A DNA stretch of 64,000 bases, from IMG/VR virus record IMGVR_UViG_2901966883_000003. One strand, 5' to 3'. Under the pieces are notes generated by a model. That model ran no database searches. It was not told the origin of the DNA and saw nothing but the letters and a program-made list of their open reading frames with translations. Positions 49,384 to 59,687 of the stretch are shown here, piece by piece (positions within the stretch are counted from its first letter, which is position 1; every line of letters begins with the position of its first letter). The DNA is from a virus (taxonomy: Duplodnaviria; Caudoviricetes). Position numbers and translations under genes: made by a program.

Positions 49384-50628
49384 CTAAAGAGTTACACGTC
49401 TGATTTCGTAACCTTTTTTGTTTACTACAATTATCCCTTGTGACCGACTGGATGCAAAACCTTGTTGTACTGCATAAGGGTCAATACCTTTGAATGAACC
49501 AAAGTTAACTTGGAAACGATTTTCCCCAACTTCTGTCATCTTGTAATGGTGGATATGTCCCGCAATTACAGCGTCATAATGTTTGTTATGAATGTCACCT
49601 AACTTAGATAACACACTATTGTTACTATCCACCTTATGTTTGTCCCCATGTACAAATGCAAAACTATGTCCCATCAAATCAATGTCAGTAAAGTAGTAAT
49701 CTTTAGCCTCAACATATTCAACACGTCCATCAGTAACTTCTGCTAAGCTACGAATAATTTGATTGATTAATGTGGAGGCTGTATCACCAGTTAAAGCATT
49801 TTTGTAGTTACCATTCAAACGGTCATGATTACCAGCAATACCTTCATAGGTTACATACGCTACTTCACTTAATCTAGCTAAGAATTTCCAAATCAATCTA
49901 GCAATTTCTGTAACTTGTTCTGATACAGTCTTACGTACTTCAAATGTATTTTGTTGACGCATTTGAGCATGTTCAATAGAGTCACCTAAATTAACCACAT
50001 GTACGTGGATAATATCTTTACGCATTTTAATGAAACTAATTAATTTCCCAGCGTATTCATCTAGTAATCTAGCAGACATTTCTGGGTTGTATTCATTTTG
50101 TGGAATTGAAAAATCAGCCCCATAATGAATATCAGATAAGCAGATGATTAATGAACTAGGTGATTTAACTTGATTTTTGTAAATCTTACTCTTAGGTAAT
50201 TCAGCGAAATTCATATCAGCAACTAAATTACTAATACTATCTGCCACCAAAGCACCCTTAGATATATCACGTTTAACCTTATTTAGTTCTCTACGTTCCT
50301 GTTGTTCAGCAAATTTAGCGTAATGTAGTTCGCCTATTTTCTCTTTTAAGCCCTGTAACTTATTGCTAGACAACATATCAGCGTGTTTCTCTACACTTGG
50401 TAAACTACCTTGTTCTTTTTGTACAGCTTTGATTAAACAACGATAGCTTTCGTTTGAGTCGCTATCATAAAATCCTGATTTTATCATCAACTTTTTGTGT
50501 TCTTTCCAGTTTGTACGTCTACCAGGACTGGCTTTTTGTAGTTCTTCCTTGATTTTAATCGCAGCAGCGAGATGTTCGTCACTTACAGTAACTGTTTCGC
50601 CTTTGCTATTCTTATATCTTCTTGAAAT
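49384..50628 (-). CDS. Metallophosphoesterase (probable ATT start)
   Basis: SDIHYG, LGDS, GNHD, VHGD, GHIH; frame open 46 codons upstream of the called start. Confidence 0.85.
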   Translation of the reverse strand: MSRRYKNSKGETVTVSDEHLAAAIKIKEELQKASPGRRTNWKEHKKLMIKSGFYDSDSNESYRCLIKAVQKEQGSLPSVEKHADMLSSNKLQGLKEKIGELHYAKFAEQQERRELNKVKRDISKGALVADSISNLVADMNFAELPKSKIYKNQVKSPSSLIICLSDIHYGADFSIPQNEYNPEMSARLLDEYAGKLISFIKMRKDIIHVHVVNLGDSIEHAQMRQQNTFEVRKTVSEQVTEIARLIWKFLARLSEVAYVTYEGIAGNHDRLNGNYKNALTGDTASTLINQIIRSLAEVTDGRVEYVEAKDYYFTDIDLMGHSFAFVHGDKHKVDSNNSVLSKLGDIHNKHYDAVIAGHIHHYKMTEVGENRFQVNFGSFKGIDPYAVQQGFASSRSQGIIVVNKKGYEIRRVTL

Positions 50629-50693
50629 CTTTCATAAAACCACCTTATCTTTTAATATGAAAAGAACCCACTATCGAAGTGAGTCCCTTTTTA

Positions 50694-51671
50694 TTAAGCA
50701 AAATCAGTCTTTAGGAGTTCTAATGCTTGTGTTAATTGGTCGTCACTAGCTTTACTTAATGTGCCTGTAATGCCAATTTCTGTTTTAATTCGTCCAGCGA
50801 ACTCTTTCTTATCGTCTTGTGATAACTCACCCAACATAACCTTGATTTGTTCTGTCTTTGGTAAGCTATCCAAGTCTTCGTTATCTAATTCTTTTTCATA
50901 ACTTGCCTTAGCTTTTTCTGTATCAACATTGTAATCAACGTCAACCGCCTTTAAATCTTTACGGTCTGCAATTACTTCTGCCCAATCTTCAAAGCTAGGG
51001 TTTTCAATGATTTCATCTCGTAAATGTGCTTCTGTACGGTCTTTTTCAACTTGTGCATAATACTTACCATCTTCCGTATAGAAACGTAACACTACATCAT
51101 AATCAAATTTAGCTTGTTTCTTCATATCTGGTTCAATACCAACCTTGATACGCTTGCCATTACCTAAATCTTCCATTGTGTCTTTAGGTTGTGCAATAGA
51201 AACAATATTCATACCAGTAGAAGCTAATTGTAACTTCATGTTTTGCATTGAACGTGCCTTTTGTTTAATCTTACCCCAAGAACGCATAGAAATATTTGCG
51301 TCTAATGCGTCTTGACCTTTTTCTCTAGCACGCTTTTCATCAACTGTTAACAATGCTTCTTGTAAGTTTTCGTAGATTTTTGTTTCTGAGTCAATTACTA
51401 ATGTTTCAAAGGTCTTATCGCCCTTCTTCATTAACTTAACCAACTCTTTTGTTTGTTGTGTAATATCTTTGAATGATTGTGTTTCTAAGAAACCTACTAC
51501 TTGTTCTGCTTTATCAGTACCTTCGTAGAAAGTAGTACCATTTTCTGCGTCAATGTATGCTGACTTAGGGAAACCTAAAGCAAACAATGTCTTGCCAGAA
51601 CCACTTTCTCCGTAAACTAAGAATGTTGCACCTTTTTTCTTCTTTTCTGGTTTTCTAAATTTTAATGCTAT
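50694..51671 (-). CDS. AAA_24/Sak4-like ATPase (probable ATA start)
   Basis: Upstream extension supplies Walker A GESGSGKT; IDAENG, VIDSET, KDRT. Confidence 0.8.
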   Translation of the reverse strand: MALKFRKPEKKKKGATFLVYGESGSGKTLFALGFPKSAYIDAENGTTFYEGTDKAEQVVGFLETQSFKDITQQTKELVKLMKKGDKTFETLVIDSETKIYENLQEALLTVDEKRAREKGQDALDANISMRSWGKIKQKARSMQNMKLQLASTGMNIVSIAQPKDTMEDLGNGKRIKVGIEPDMKKQAKFDYDVVLRFYTEDGKYYAQVEKDRTEAHLRDEIIENPSFEDWAEVIADRKDLKAVDVDYNVDTEKAKASYEKELDNEDLDSLPKTEQIKVMLGELSQDDKKEFAGRIKTEIGITGTLSKASDDQLTQALELLKTDFA

Positions 51672-51718
51672 TTTTCCTAAATCCCACCTTATTATTTATT
51701 TGTGTTATGCAATTTTGA

Positions 51719-52873
51719 TTAGAATAAATCTAATTCATCTAATTCACTTTCGCTTGGTGTGTCAACATCACTTTCACCAAACATATCTGCGATTGAAGCC
51801 TCTTCTGGTTCTTCTTCCTTAACAGATGTATCTAAAACTGAAATATCATAACGGTCTTTAGACATTACTGTAATTTGTTGTGTGCGTGGGTCTTTGTATA
51901 CGTATGGTTTTAATACAATGTTTTCACGAATACGCTTGCCACTTACGGTTGATGTACGTTTCAATTCATCTTCTGTAACCACACCTAAATCTAATAAATC
52001 TTTTAAATCATCTGTTAATTCAAAGTCGCCAGTAGATGTTTCTACACCGTCATACATATCAACGACTAAGACAACTTCACGTACTAAATCGTCATCTTCA
52101 ACTGTCATGAATTTTTCAATAACAAATTTTGCACGCTTGATTTCATCTTCATTATTAGCTTTATATACTAATGTTTGTGGGAATGGTAAGACTTTACGTA
52201 CTTCTACACCTTCTTCTTTACCAACATATTGTGGTACGTGTACTGTAATAGTTGTCTTACCTTTTTCTTCTAATTCATCTTCATAATCTGGGGAAATTGA
52301 GTTCTTAGAGAATAAGAATGATTGTCTAAGTGTTGCTTCGTGGCGACCAGCTGATGAACTGTCTGGTACGATTTGAGAGATACCACGAATGCTTAAACGT
52401 CTTTGGATTTGACCGTTGTAGCGATGATATTCAACATCACCCCAAATGTGAACCGTGTCACCATTCTTAAAGGTCTTTTCCATTTCTTCGATAGCGTCTA
52501 ATTCAGATACGAAAACTTTACGAGCGATGTTCCCATTTTCATCTAATTTACCTACTGCAATTAAACTTTGTGGTGAAACATTAGCTACAATGTTTTCGTT
52601 AAGGCGGTTAGCCCAGGGAATATCCATTAAGCCTTCGCCTTGTGTTTTAGAAAGTCTACGTAAGATAGGACGGTTGGGGTCATACCCACCCATCAATTCT
52701 ACGAAAGTTGAGCGTCCTTCTCCTAAGTCTACGGACAAAGCAGCTCTACGATATTTATATGTTGATGAAGCTGATTGTCTAACTTCACCCCATGAGTCTT
52801 CATTTACTCTTAATTCGCCAAACACTTCAAAACGTGCTTGACCTCTTTTCAATTCTTTTTCTAATTCAGCCAA
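51719..52873 (-). CDS. Putative ssDNA-binding protein
   Basis: Acidic tail ending ELDELDLF; adjacent to Sak4-like ATPase. Confidence 0.5.
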   Translation of the reverse strand: MAELEKELKRGQARFEVFGELRVNEDSWGEVRQSASSTYKYRRAALSVDLGEGRSTFVELMGGYDPNRPILRRLSKTQGEGLMDIPWANRLNENIVANVSPQSLIAVGKLDENGNIARKVFVSELDAIEEMEKTFKNGDTVHIWGDVEYHRYNGQIQRRLSIRGISQIVPDSSSAGRHEATLRQSFLFSKNSISPDYEDELEEKGKTTITVHVPQYVGKEEGVEVRKVLPFPQTLVYKANNEDEIKRAKFVIEKFMTVEDDDLVREVVLVVDMYDGVETSTGDFELTDDLKDLLDLGVVTEDELKRTSTVSGKRIRENIVLKPYVYKDPRTQQITVMSKDRYDISVLDTSVKEEEPEEASIADMFGESDVDTPSESELDELDLF

Positions 52874-52899
52874 AAATGGCTATCCCTCCTTATTGTTTT

Positions 52900-53586
52900 C
52901 TACAGTAGTGTATCGTACTTAATTGTTTCGACCTTACTTGTTTCCTTGTTTAGGTACTTAATGCCAGCTAATACATGTTCACCTAAATCTTCGTGAATAA
53001 AAGGTGCTACAGTTAAGCCACTGACAAATGCTTTGACAACATCTTCGTTAATCTTATCTTTGTAAGATTTATTAATGACAAAAGTTACCACATCATCTGC
53101 TTCGTGGTCTTGTAAGTAACCAAAGTAATCACCGATTAACTCTTGTTCTTCATCTGTCATATCTTGTACGATTTTGTCGTCATCATGTAAGTTTTCTGGT
53201 GGTTCTGTCATGAACATACCATCATCTTTCATGTTTTCATTAGGTTCGATATGTGTAGCTGTTGCACCAGCGATTTCACCATTTTCTTCTGGTAATTCTT
53301 CTGGTTCAACTGGTTTCATTTCTTGTGTTGTTTCTGGTTTAGTATCAACAGCTTGACCTTGATTTAAAGGTTCTACTTCACCTTGCAACACGTCAAAATG
53401 TAATGCACCTAATGTAGTTTGTATTTCATCATACTTGTGTTGTAGAAATACTTTCTCAACATCATCTGGGTTGTTTACACCAAGCATATACATTACCCCA
53501 TGAATATTTTCTGGACTAATTGCTTCGTCAATATTCATACCAACTTTAATATTGAGAATATGTGTGTAATTTTTACCTTCTACCAT
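52900..53586 (-). CDS. Hypothetical acidic protein
   Basis: Long ORF. Confidence 0.65.
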   Translation of the reverse strand: MVEGKNYTHILNIKVGMNIDEAISPENIHGVMYMLGVNNPDDVEKVFLQHKYDEIQTTLGALHFDVLQGEVEPLNQGQAVDTKPETTQEMKPVEPEELPEENGEIAGATATHIEPNENMKDDGMFMTEPPENLHDDDKIVQDMTDEEQELIGDYFGYLQDHEADDVVTFVINKSYKDKINEDVVKAFVSGLTVAPFIHEDLGEHVLAGIKYLNKETSKVETIKYDTLL

Positions 53587-53631
53587 TCTGGCTTATTCCA
53601 CCCTTCTTTCTTACATAATATTATTAATACG

Positions 53632-54936
53632 CTATCCCATAACATATTGTTTTACAGTAATTACTTGTTTTTGCCAATTATTACTATGATTAATTAAGTT
53701 GATATTTTTAGTTGAGGTGTAACTTTTATCACTATTGCTTACATACTCACCAAAAATATCTCTTAACCTTACGTTCGTTCCTTTAGACATAAATCCACTA
53801 ATATAGCCTTTCTTGTTACTATCCTTGATTTTGACATAATCATTAAGCCAAAAACCTTTAGCGTACTTAGTATTCTTGGCACTCCTTTTGCTAGTTACAT
53901 TAGGTGTTTTACGACCCTTACGTGCTGTAGCCTCATGTAAGGAACGCTTTTTCTTTCTAAATTGTTTAAACATCATAATGCTAGTTGGCTTTGCTTTGAT
54001 TTTTCTAATACCACTAATTGCTACAGCGTCATTATAGTGGGACTTAGTTAAGTCTAAGTCAGCTCGCTGTAATGTTGTCCATGCTCCATACTGAAATTTT
54101 GCTTGAGGAAAAGCTAAAAATAGCCTTCTTCTTAGAATATTCATGAAAGTCGCACCTTTATATGATTTATTAACCTTCTTTTTATTCTTGCACCATTTAG
54201 CCAAGATTCCAGTTTGGTGGTTCTTAGTTGTGTGGCAATTAGAACATACGGTAATTAGATTATCTACGGTATTAGTTCCACCTAATGAACGGTAGATAAT
54301 ATGGTGGATTTTGAGTTTACCACCTTTTTTCTTACAGGCTTGGCAAGTGTAGTTATCTCTAGCTAAAACAAACTGTTTAACAGTTTGATAACCGTATAAA
54401 TCACCTTGCTGATAACCCTCACCATTTATTTCTGGATTCTTCATTTTCTGTATATCAAATTTACCTACTTCGATATGCAAATCAGCTTTAGGTAAGACTA
54501 ATAATAAACGATTAATCCAGTTGATATTATGGTTAACCTTACTTGCTACTGACGGTGGCAACCAGTTATCTTTTCTACTAGCTGTACGATTTAAAAATCT
54601 AGCTTTACGATAACGTGTTTTACGATTACGTCTGCCCCTACGATATATCCTTCTAGTGTCTAGTAGTTTTTTGACATCTTGTCTTAACTCTACTTCGCCT
54701 TGAAATAAGACTTTATCTTGGCTTGTAACAGCTAATCCAATATGTCTTTGACCGCTATCAATACCGATACTTATATCTTGTTTATAACCAGCTGAGCCAT
54801 ATAAGAGTTGAATGGTAAAAGGCTCTTTTTTTAAGACTTTTGCTTTGCCATCTCTCAACAAGATTCTAGCCTTTTTAGGTTTACAAGGCATTAACGCTTC
54901 GCCATGTTGATTAATTACAAAAACTCGATTTTGCAT
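53632..54936 (-). CDS. iscB: IscB RNA-guided endonuclease
   Basis: ALMP (PLMP domain), GIDSG, Arg-rich bridge helix, IEVG, HNH (HHIIYRS...CSNCH), HYNDA. Confidence 0.93.
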   Translation of the reverse strand: MQNRVFVINQHGEALMPCKPKKARILLRDGKAKVLKKEPFTIQLLYGSAGYKQDISIGIDSGQRHIGLAVTSQDKVLFQGEVELRQDVKKLLDTRRIYRRGRRNRKTRYRKARFLNRTASRKDNWLPPSVASKVNHNINWINRLLLVLPKADLHIEVGKFDIQKMKNPEINGEGYQQGDLYGYQTVKQFVLARDNYTCQACKKKGGKLKIHHIIYRSLGGTNTVDNLITVCSNCHTTKNHQTGILAKWCKNKKKVNKSYKGATFMNILRRRLFLAFPQAKFQYGAWTTLQRADLDLTKSHYNDAVAISGIRKIKAKPTSIMMFKQFRKKKRSLHEATARKGRKTPNVTSKRSAKNTKYAKGFWLNDYVKIKDSNKKGYISGFMSKGTNVRLRDIFGEYVSNSDKSYTSTKNINLINHSNNWQKQVITVKQYVMG

Positions 54937-54954
54937 CGCTTTTTCTCCTTTCAT

Positions 54955-55215
54955 TTTTCATAAGGTATTAATAACCTTATCACGTATCTATCAGAGTTAA
55001 TAAATACATGTAGTTACCCTTCGACAATGTTATCTCAGCTTATTAACAAGGTTGACTAGCACATTAACCTTATGCTTGTTTACAGTGCCTCCATAGAGCT
55101 AGAAACTAGGGTATCATTTCTAGGTATGTTCACTGAAATAACGTAGTTCTCTAAGAACTTAGTCTAGACAACAAAACTATTTAGCTACCTACTTTAGTAG
55201 GTGGTTACTGTTGAC
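54955..55215 (-). ncRNA. IscB omega-RNA (HEARO-like)
   Basis: Begins GTCAAC, hairpin CCTAC/GTAGG, AGACTAAG, CTACGTTAT...CCCTAG...AACATTGTCGAAGGG. Confidence 0.8.
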
Positions 55216-55839
55216 CCCTTCTTCTTGTGCTAAATTCTCAACCAACATTGAAATTGTAACTCTCAACTCATCTACATCACTGTTATTATCAATGACATAA
55301 ATACTGTTAAGCACTGAATTGTTTGGAATATTTACCTTGCTAACATTTGGAATGTTAGTCTTGATAGTAGGTAAACTTTCAATAAAGTTAAGTTCCTTTT
55401 CGATTTTGTTACCAAAGTTTTCTGTTTGAACATAACCATCACGTTCTTTTAAACGTGATAAGGCAATGTCTTTGTCAACCTTGATATATAGTGGAACAAA
55501 ACCTTTATCTACAAAGTAATGTGAGAACTCTCTTAGCTTGCGAATGTCTGTTACGATAACATCATCAAGGAATCGTTGGTCTGATTTAATTCTCTTGTCT
55601 GTATCGTTAATCCAAACATCTTTGCCAAAGACATTTCTTAATGACTCACCTACACCTTGTAGATGACTACGCTTAATATCGTCTTCATTACCTAGAATTG
55701 AATAACAAACATCATAAATACCATCTGCTAATGCGTATTTCTTAGAATGTCTGTCATAACTGGCTAGATAAGCCAACAATATATCTGCTACTGTATCTTT
55801 ACCACTTCCACCACTGGAAGCCATAATTCCGAAATTGAT
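55189..55839 (-). CDS. Deoxynucleoside monophosphate kinase-like (probable ATC start; 3' end replaced by the IscB element)
   Basis: GGSGKDT, LADG, LQGVGE..R, DVWI, VTDIR...E, IDNN. Confidence 0.75.
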   Translation of the reverse strand: MNFGIMASSGGSGKDTVADILLAYLASYDRHSKKYALADGIYDVCYSILGNEDDIKRSHLQGVGESLRNVFGKDVWINDTDKRIKSDQRFLDDVIVTDIRKLREFSHYFVDKGFVPLYIKVDKDIALSRLKERDGYVQTENFGNKIEKELNFIESLPTIKTNIPNVSKVNIPNNSVLNSIYVIDNNSDVDELRVTISMLVENLAQEEGVNSNHLLK

Positions 55840-55876
55840 AAATTTAACCCTCCTTTATCAAATTCTTGTAAGTTAA

Positions 55877-55939
55877 TTAATTATTCTCTAAACACTTAAC
55901 TTAACTATTTTATTATAACATATAATTATATTAAGTCAA
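55877..55939 (-). promoter_or_regulatory. Sigma-A promoter plus 24-bp element
   Basis: TTGACT...TGTTATAAT then GTTAAGTTAAGTGTTTAGAGAATAATTAA. Confidence 0.75.
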
Positions 55940-55980
55940 TAATTATAAGCAAAAAAATAAACGTGCGATTTCTCACACGT

Positions 55981-57327
55981 TTAGCGAACCCTAGTTCCAA
56001 GATAGTTTGCATAAAACTTATGGTACTGTAATTGTATAAATCTCATGTCGTCAACAGTAATAAAACCATCTGCATGGAGCATGCCATACCTTCTCATGTT
56101 ATTTGCTATTAAATCTAAATTCTCTTTGTCTTCAAAATAATCACCTTTTGGTTTTTCACCATGTTCCTCTTCATACTCACGAACTACGTCCATAAAGTTT
56201 AACATTCTGCCTATTTGCGTTAGGTCGGTAGCTTTTTTCATCTTATCATCATATTTCATCACAGCAACACGCACTTGTCTTTCTGTAATTCGTACATACT
56301 CATCATTTACAGCTCTCACACCGACTATCAAAGAACCGTCAGAAGATTTTGTATGCACCATACCCAAGTACTCGTTCATTTTCAACTTTAAACTCAACGG
56401 TATTTCTATAGTTCTAGTTCCCATTTTAGGATTTCTGATTGTTAGGACACCATTGTCCTTAAAGTCTTTTGAATTAAAATCTTTCTCGTCTAGGTATTGA
56501 AACTCATCTATTGTTGCGCCTAACAATATAAGGCAGATAATAACTTGGTCTCTTGCATTAGTAAACCTATATTTAAAACTTTTGCCTCTGCTATATACTG
56601 TCCCTAATACTTTGTTTATTTCACCATATAAAGTTTGACTACTTTCAAGCTCGGCATTAGAACGTTCTGCCACTTCTTTTACAACATGCTTTATATAAGT
56701 ATCTGTGTATTCTTCTATCTCTGTTTCTGTCATGCCATCGTGTTTCAATAACCCTTTAACACACCACAAAAACTCACTTCTTTCAAAACCAGCTGTTGCT
56801 ATTCTTTCTGAATAAAAATATTTACAAAAATCTTCTACTGGTATTTTGGATAAAGGTTTACCTTCTTTTTCTTCCACCTCCCCTATCCAAGACATTCTAT
56901 CAGCTATCTTCCTCTTTTTTATATTTAGGTCATTAGCTCTTAAAACACACGAATTTTTAAATGCTAGATTGTAGCCCTCATATACTGTATAGTCTATGAG
57001 TTTTACATTACGCACAACCCTCCCAAGTACCATTTTACTAGGAATATTTTGGTAATTGGGGAAATGCACAATTTTAATTCCCTCTTTTAAAAACTCCTCA
57101 TCTGACATTCCGTCCAATCTTTTATACCAATATTCGTCAGAATGTAGACTATAAAAGTAGTCACGAATAGCGTAATATTCATCTAACATTTGATTTAGAT
57201 ATTCAATATCGTCTCTTTTTCTTGCTTCATAAGTCAGATTATGACAAAGACGCATGAGTTTTTCATACTCTTCATGCGTCACCATTCTTACATTAATTTC
57301 ATTAAAAGTTCTCTCCATTTTCATCAC
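55981..57327 (-). CDS. Degenerate tyrosine-recombinase-fold protein (MrpR-like repressor candidate)
   Basis: NARDQVIICLILLGATIDEFQYL box-I-like segment lacking the catalytic Arg; RTIEIP; no HxxR. Confidence 0.45.
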   Translation of the reverse strand: MMKMERTFNEINVRMVTHEEYEKLMRLCHNLTYEARKRDDIEYLNQMLDEYYAIRDYFYSLHSDEYWYKRLDGMSDEEFLKEGIKIVHFPNYQNIPSKMVLGRVVRNVKLIDYTVYEGYNLAFKNSCVLRANDLNIKKRKIADRMSWIGEVEEKEGKPLSKIPVEDFCKYFYSERIATAGFERSEFLWCVKGLLKHDGMTETEIEEYTDTYIKHVVKEVAERSNAELESSQTLYGEINKVLGTVYSRGKSFKYRFTNARDQVIICLILLGATIDEFQYLDEKDFNSKDFKDNGVLTIRNPKMGTRTIEIPLSLKLKMNEYLGMVHTKSSDGSLIVGVRAVNDEYVRITERQVRVAVMKYDDKMKKATDLTQIGRMLNFMDVVREYEEEHGEKPKGDYFEDKENLDLIANNMRRYGMLHADGFITVDDMRFIQLQYHKFYANYLGTRVR

Positions 57328-57403
57328 CTGTCCCTATCAATTATACCAAAGACTTATGTTACAGGTCTAGGTGCTAACCTCAATTAAGAGTTTAGTGTAT
57401 AAA

Positions 57404-58432
57404 TTAGTCAACTCCCATTCGAGCTGCGTCACGTGATAACATATCAGCAACTTCTGGTCTATTATTAATCAACATCAATAATTGTTCCTTCTTTAATTTA
57501 CTAAAATCAACGTGTGTATCTGAACTATACAAAATTGTTGTACCACTATCATTTGGGTTGGGATTATTTCTAATATAAGTCATTGTTGTATCTAAACTTT
57601 CATGGTCTAATAGTCTTGATGTAGCAACAATATCTTTAGTAATGCTATAAAATGTAGTAGCAGCACCAACCTTTAATGAATGTGGTGTCCAGTTACGTCC
57701 ACGAAGGTCGCTAAATTCCTTCATGTAATTACGCAAGGTTGTTTGTTTCATACCCTTAAATACTAACTCATCATCATTTCCATCATAACCCATAGTTTCC
57801 TTTAAGTTATTAAAGTGTTTTACTGGAATATCTTTATCATTCAATTTACGTCCCTTATCAATTACTTTTAACTTAGCAAAAGTACCACCATAAGGACTTT
57901 CATAAACTGTAAAGTCACTCCAACGAATAGTGAATGCAGCTGAAACACGAACTGCTGTATGAAACATGAAATCAATCAATGTAGCATATTTATATCCATT
58001 TGACTTGTTATCAATCAACCAACTTTCCATTTCCTTAACTTCTGATTTGGAAATTTGCTCGTTATGTCCACCATCTTTAGCAGATAAATCTTTTGTATAT
58101 AATACATCATTAACCAGATGGTCGAAGTTAACATTAGGATAAATATCTGCACGTCTAATAGCACCAAAATATGACTTGATTGAACGTAGGTAGTTAACAA
58201 TCGTAGTTTCTTTAGCTTTCTTGCTCCCTGTTAAGAATGTTTTGATATATTTACCATAAACATCATGATATGTTAAGTTAACCAAATCTTCTTCTGTTAG
58301 TTCCCAAGCCTCTTTACCAAAGACCATTTCAGAAAAGTTATCTACCTTTGCTTGATATTTTGTTCTTGTGTTTTCTGACTTGCTTTCCAACCAACTTGTG
58401 TATACATCTCTAATTTCCATAATAATTACCAC
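57404..58432 (-). CDS. Tyrosine recombinase/integrase
   Basis: TAVRVS, DKG, PHSLK (K in place of R), LDHE, TMTY. Confidence 0.85.
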   Translation of the reverse strand: MVIIMEIRDVYTSWLESKSENTRTKYQAKVDNFSEMVFGKEAWELTEEDLVNLTYHDVYGKYIKTFLTGSKKAKETTIVNYLRSIKSYFGAIRRADIYPNVNFDHLVNDVLYTKDLSAKDGGHNEQISKSEVKEMESWLIDNKSNGYKYATLIDFMFHTAVRVSAAFTIRWSDFTVYESPYGGTFAKLKVIDKGRKLNDKDIPVKHFNNLKETMGYDGNDDELVFKGMKQTTLRNYMKEFSDLRGRNWTPHSLKVGAATTFYSITKDIVATSRLLDHESLDTTMTYIRNNPNPNDSGTTILYSSDTHVDFSKLKKEQLLMLINNRPEVADMLSRDAARMGVD

Positions 58433-58473
58433 CCTTTAATCATTAATCTTTATTGTTATTTTGTTTTTATCTT

Positions 58474-58725
58474 CTAGTTCATTAATCTTTGATAGTCTGC
58501 TTTGCTAACACTTCTAAAACCATTAGCGTTCAATTCACTTACTTGATTATTTAACTCATCTTCATTCATTACATTAACAGCTGGATATTCATGAAAGTTA
58601 ACATAAATATCATCATCTGTTGCTGGAGTACCTTTATAGTACACATTGTTTTCGTAATTGATATGCAATCTCACTTCATTGTTTTCGCCTTGACTTGAGA
58701 TGACTGTTATTAAATTCTTTTTCAT
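58474..58725 (-). CDS. Hypothetical phage protein
   Basis: AAGGAG RBS. Confidence 0.6.
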   Translation of the reverse strand: MKKNLITVISSQGENNEVRLHINYENNVYYKGTPATDDDIYVNFHEYPAVNVMNEDELNNQVSELNANGFRSVSKADYQRLMN

Positions 58726-58955
58726 ATTGCATCGTTGCTCCTTTATTCTTTTAGCTTTTAACTTTACAACTGAATTATATCACATTTACTACCATTGTCA
58801 ATAACAGAAATAACGTTATTTTTGTTATTTCACCTTACACTCTTGCTTTGCCTCTTCTGTTGACACTTGCGACTTTTTACTACTTTTCTTAAATTTTGTA
58901 CTTAAAAAGCGATGAACTTAATCATCGCTCCTCTTGGCTTTTCAGTTACTATATC

Positions 58956-59687
58956 TTATTCTTCTGTACGTTTAACTTTCTTAACTGTACTTTCAAGCAA
59001 GTATCTACCGTCTAAAATAAATCTGATATACCAGTTATTATCATTTTCTTCAACACAAATTTTAACGCTATCAGCTTTTACTTCAGACAAGGTTTTTGCC
59101 ATATCATACGTTACTAAAAATTCTAATTCATCTCTATTACTTGAGATTGTTTCTAAGGATAAAGTATAATCCGTCACACCGATATTTAATTGTCCTTGCT
59201 TTAACTCATGGTGGATTCCAACACTACGTTTATCTAGTGATACGTGTTTTAACGCTTGTTTATACGCTTGTTGTAATTCTTTACCGTCAAGGTCAATCGC
59301 AACCATTGTTTGAGAGTTCATGGTTTTTCTTGAACGCATATCTAAACTACTGTATTTAGTTACGTATGTGCCATTGTTGACTACTAACTGGTTATTAGTT
59401 AGCTTAAACTCTACATCTTCACTTTCAATCTTACTTATTTCATTCTTAAATCCAACTGCGTCTCTAAGTAAAACTAATCCTTCTTCTTGGTTTTCTGCGT
59501 CTAGCACTGCCGCAAACTCAATAAAACCGTTATTGTTCGTTTGGTAAAACTCATCTAACTTTCTAACCAGTAGCAAAGTCTGAGTTTTACCAAACACGAT
59601 TGTTAAGTTGTTATTCGTTTTTTCTACTCCTAACTTAAACAAGTTAGTTAATGTTTCTTGTAATTCTTTGGTTTTTAGTTTATTCAT
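58956..59687 (-). CDS. Hypothetical protein, possibly sliding-clamp-like
   Basis: Two similar alpha/beta units; IDLDGKEL...GVTD resembles DnaN domains. Confidence 0.35.
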   Translation of the reverse strand: MNKLKTKELQETLTNLFKLGVEKTNNNLTIVFGKTQTLLLVRKLDEFYQTNNNGFIEFAAVLDAENQEEGLVLLRDAVGFKNEISKIESEDVEFKLTNNQLVVNNGTYVTKYSSLDMRSRKTMNSQTMVAIDLDGKELQQAYKQALKHVSLDKRSVGIHHELKQGQLNIGVTDYTLSLETISSNRDELEFLVTYDMAKTLSEVKADSVKICVEENDNNWYIRFILDGRYLLESTVKKVKRTEE

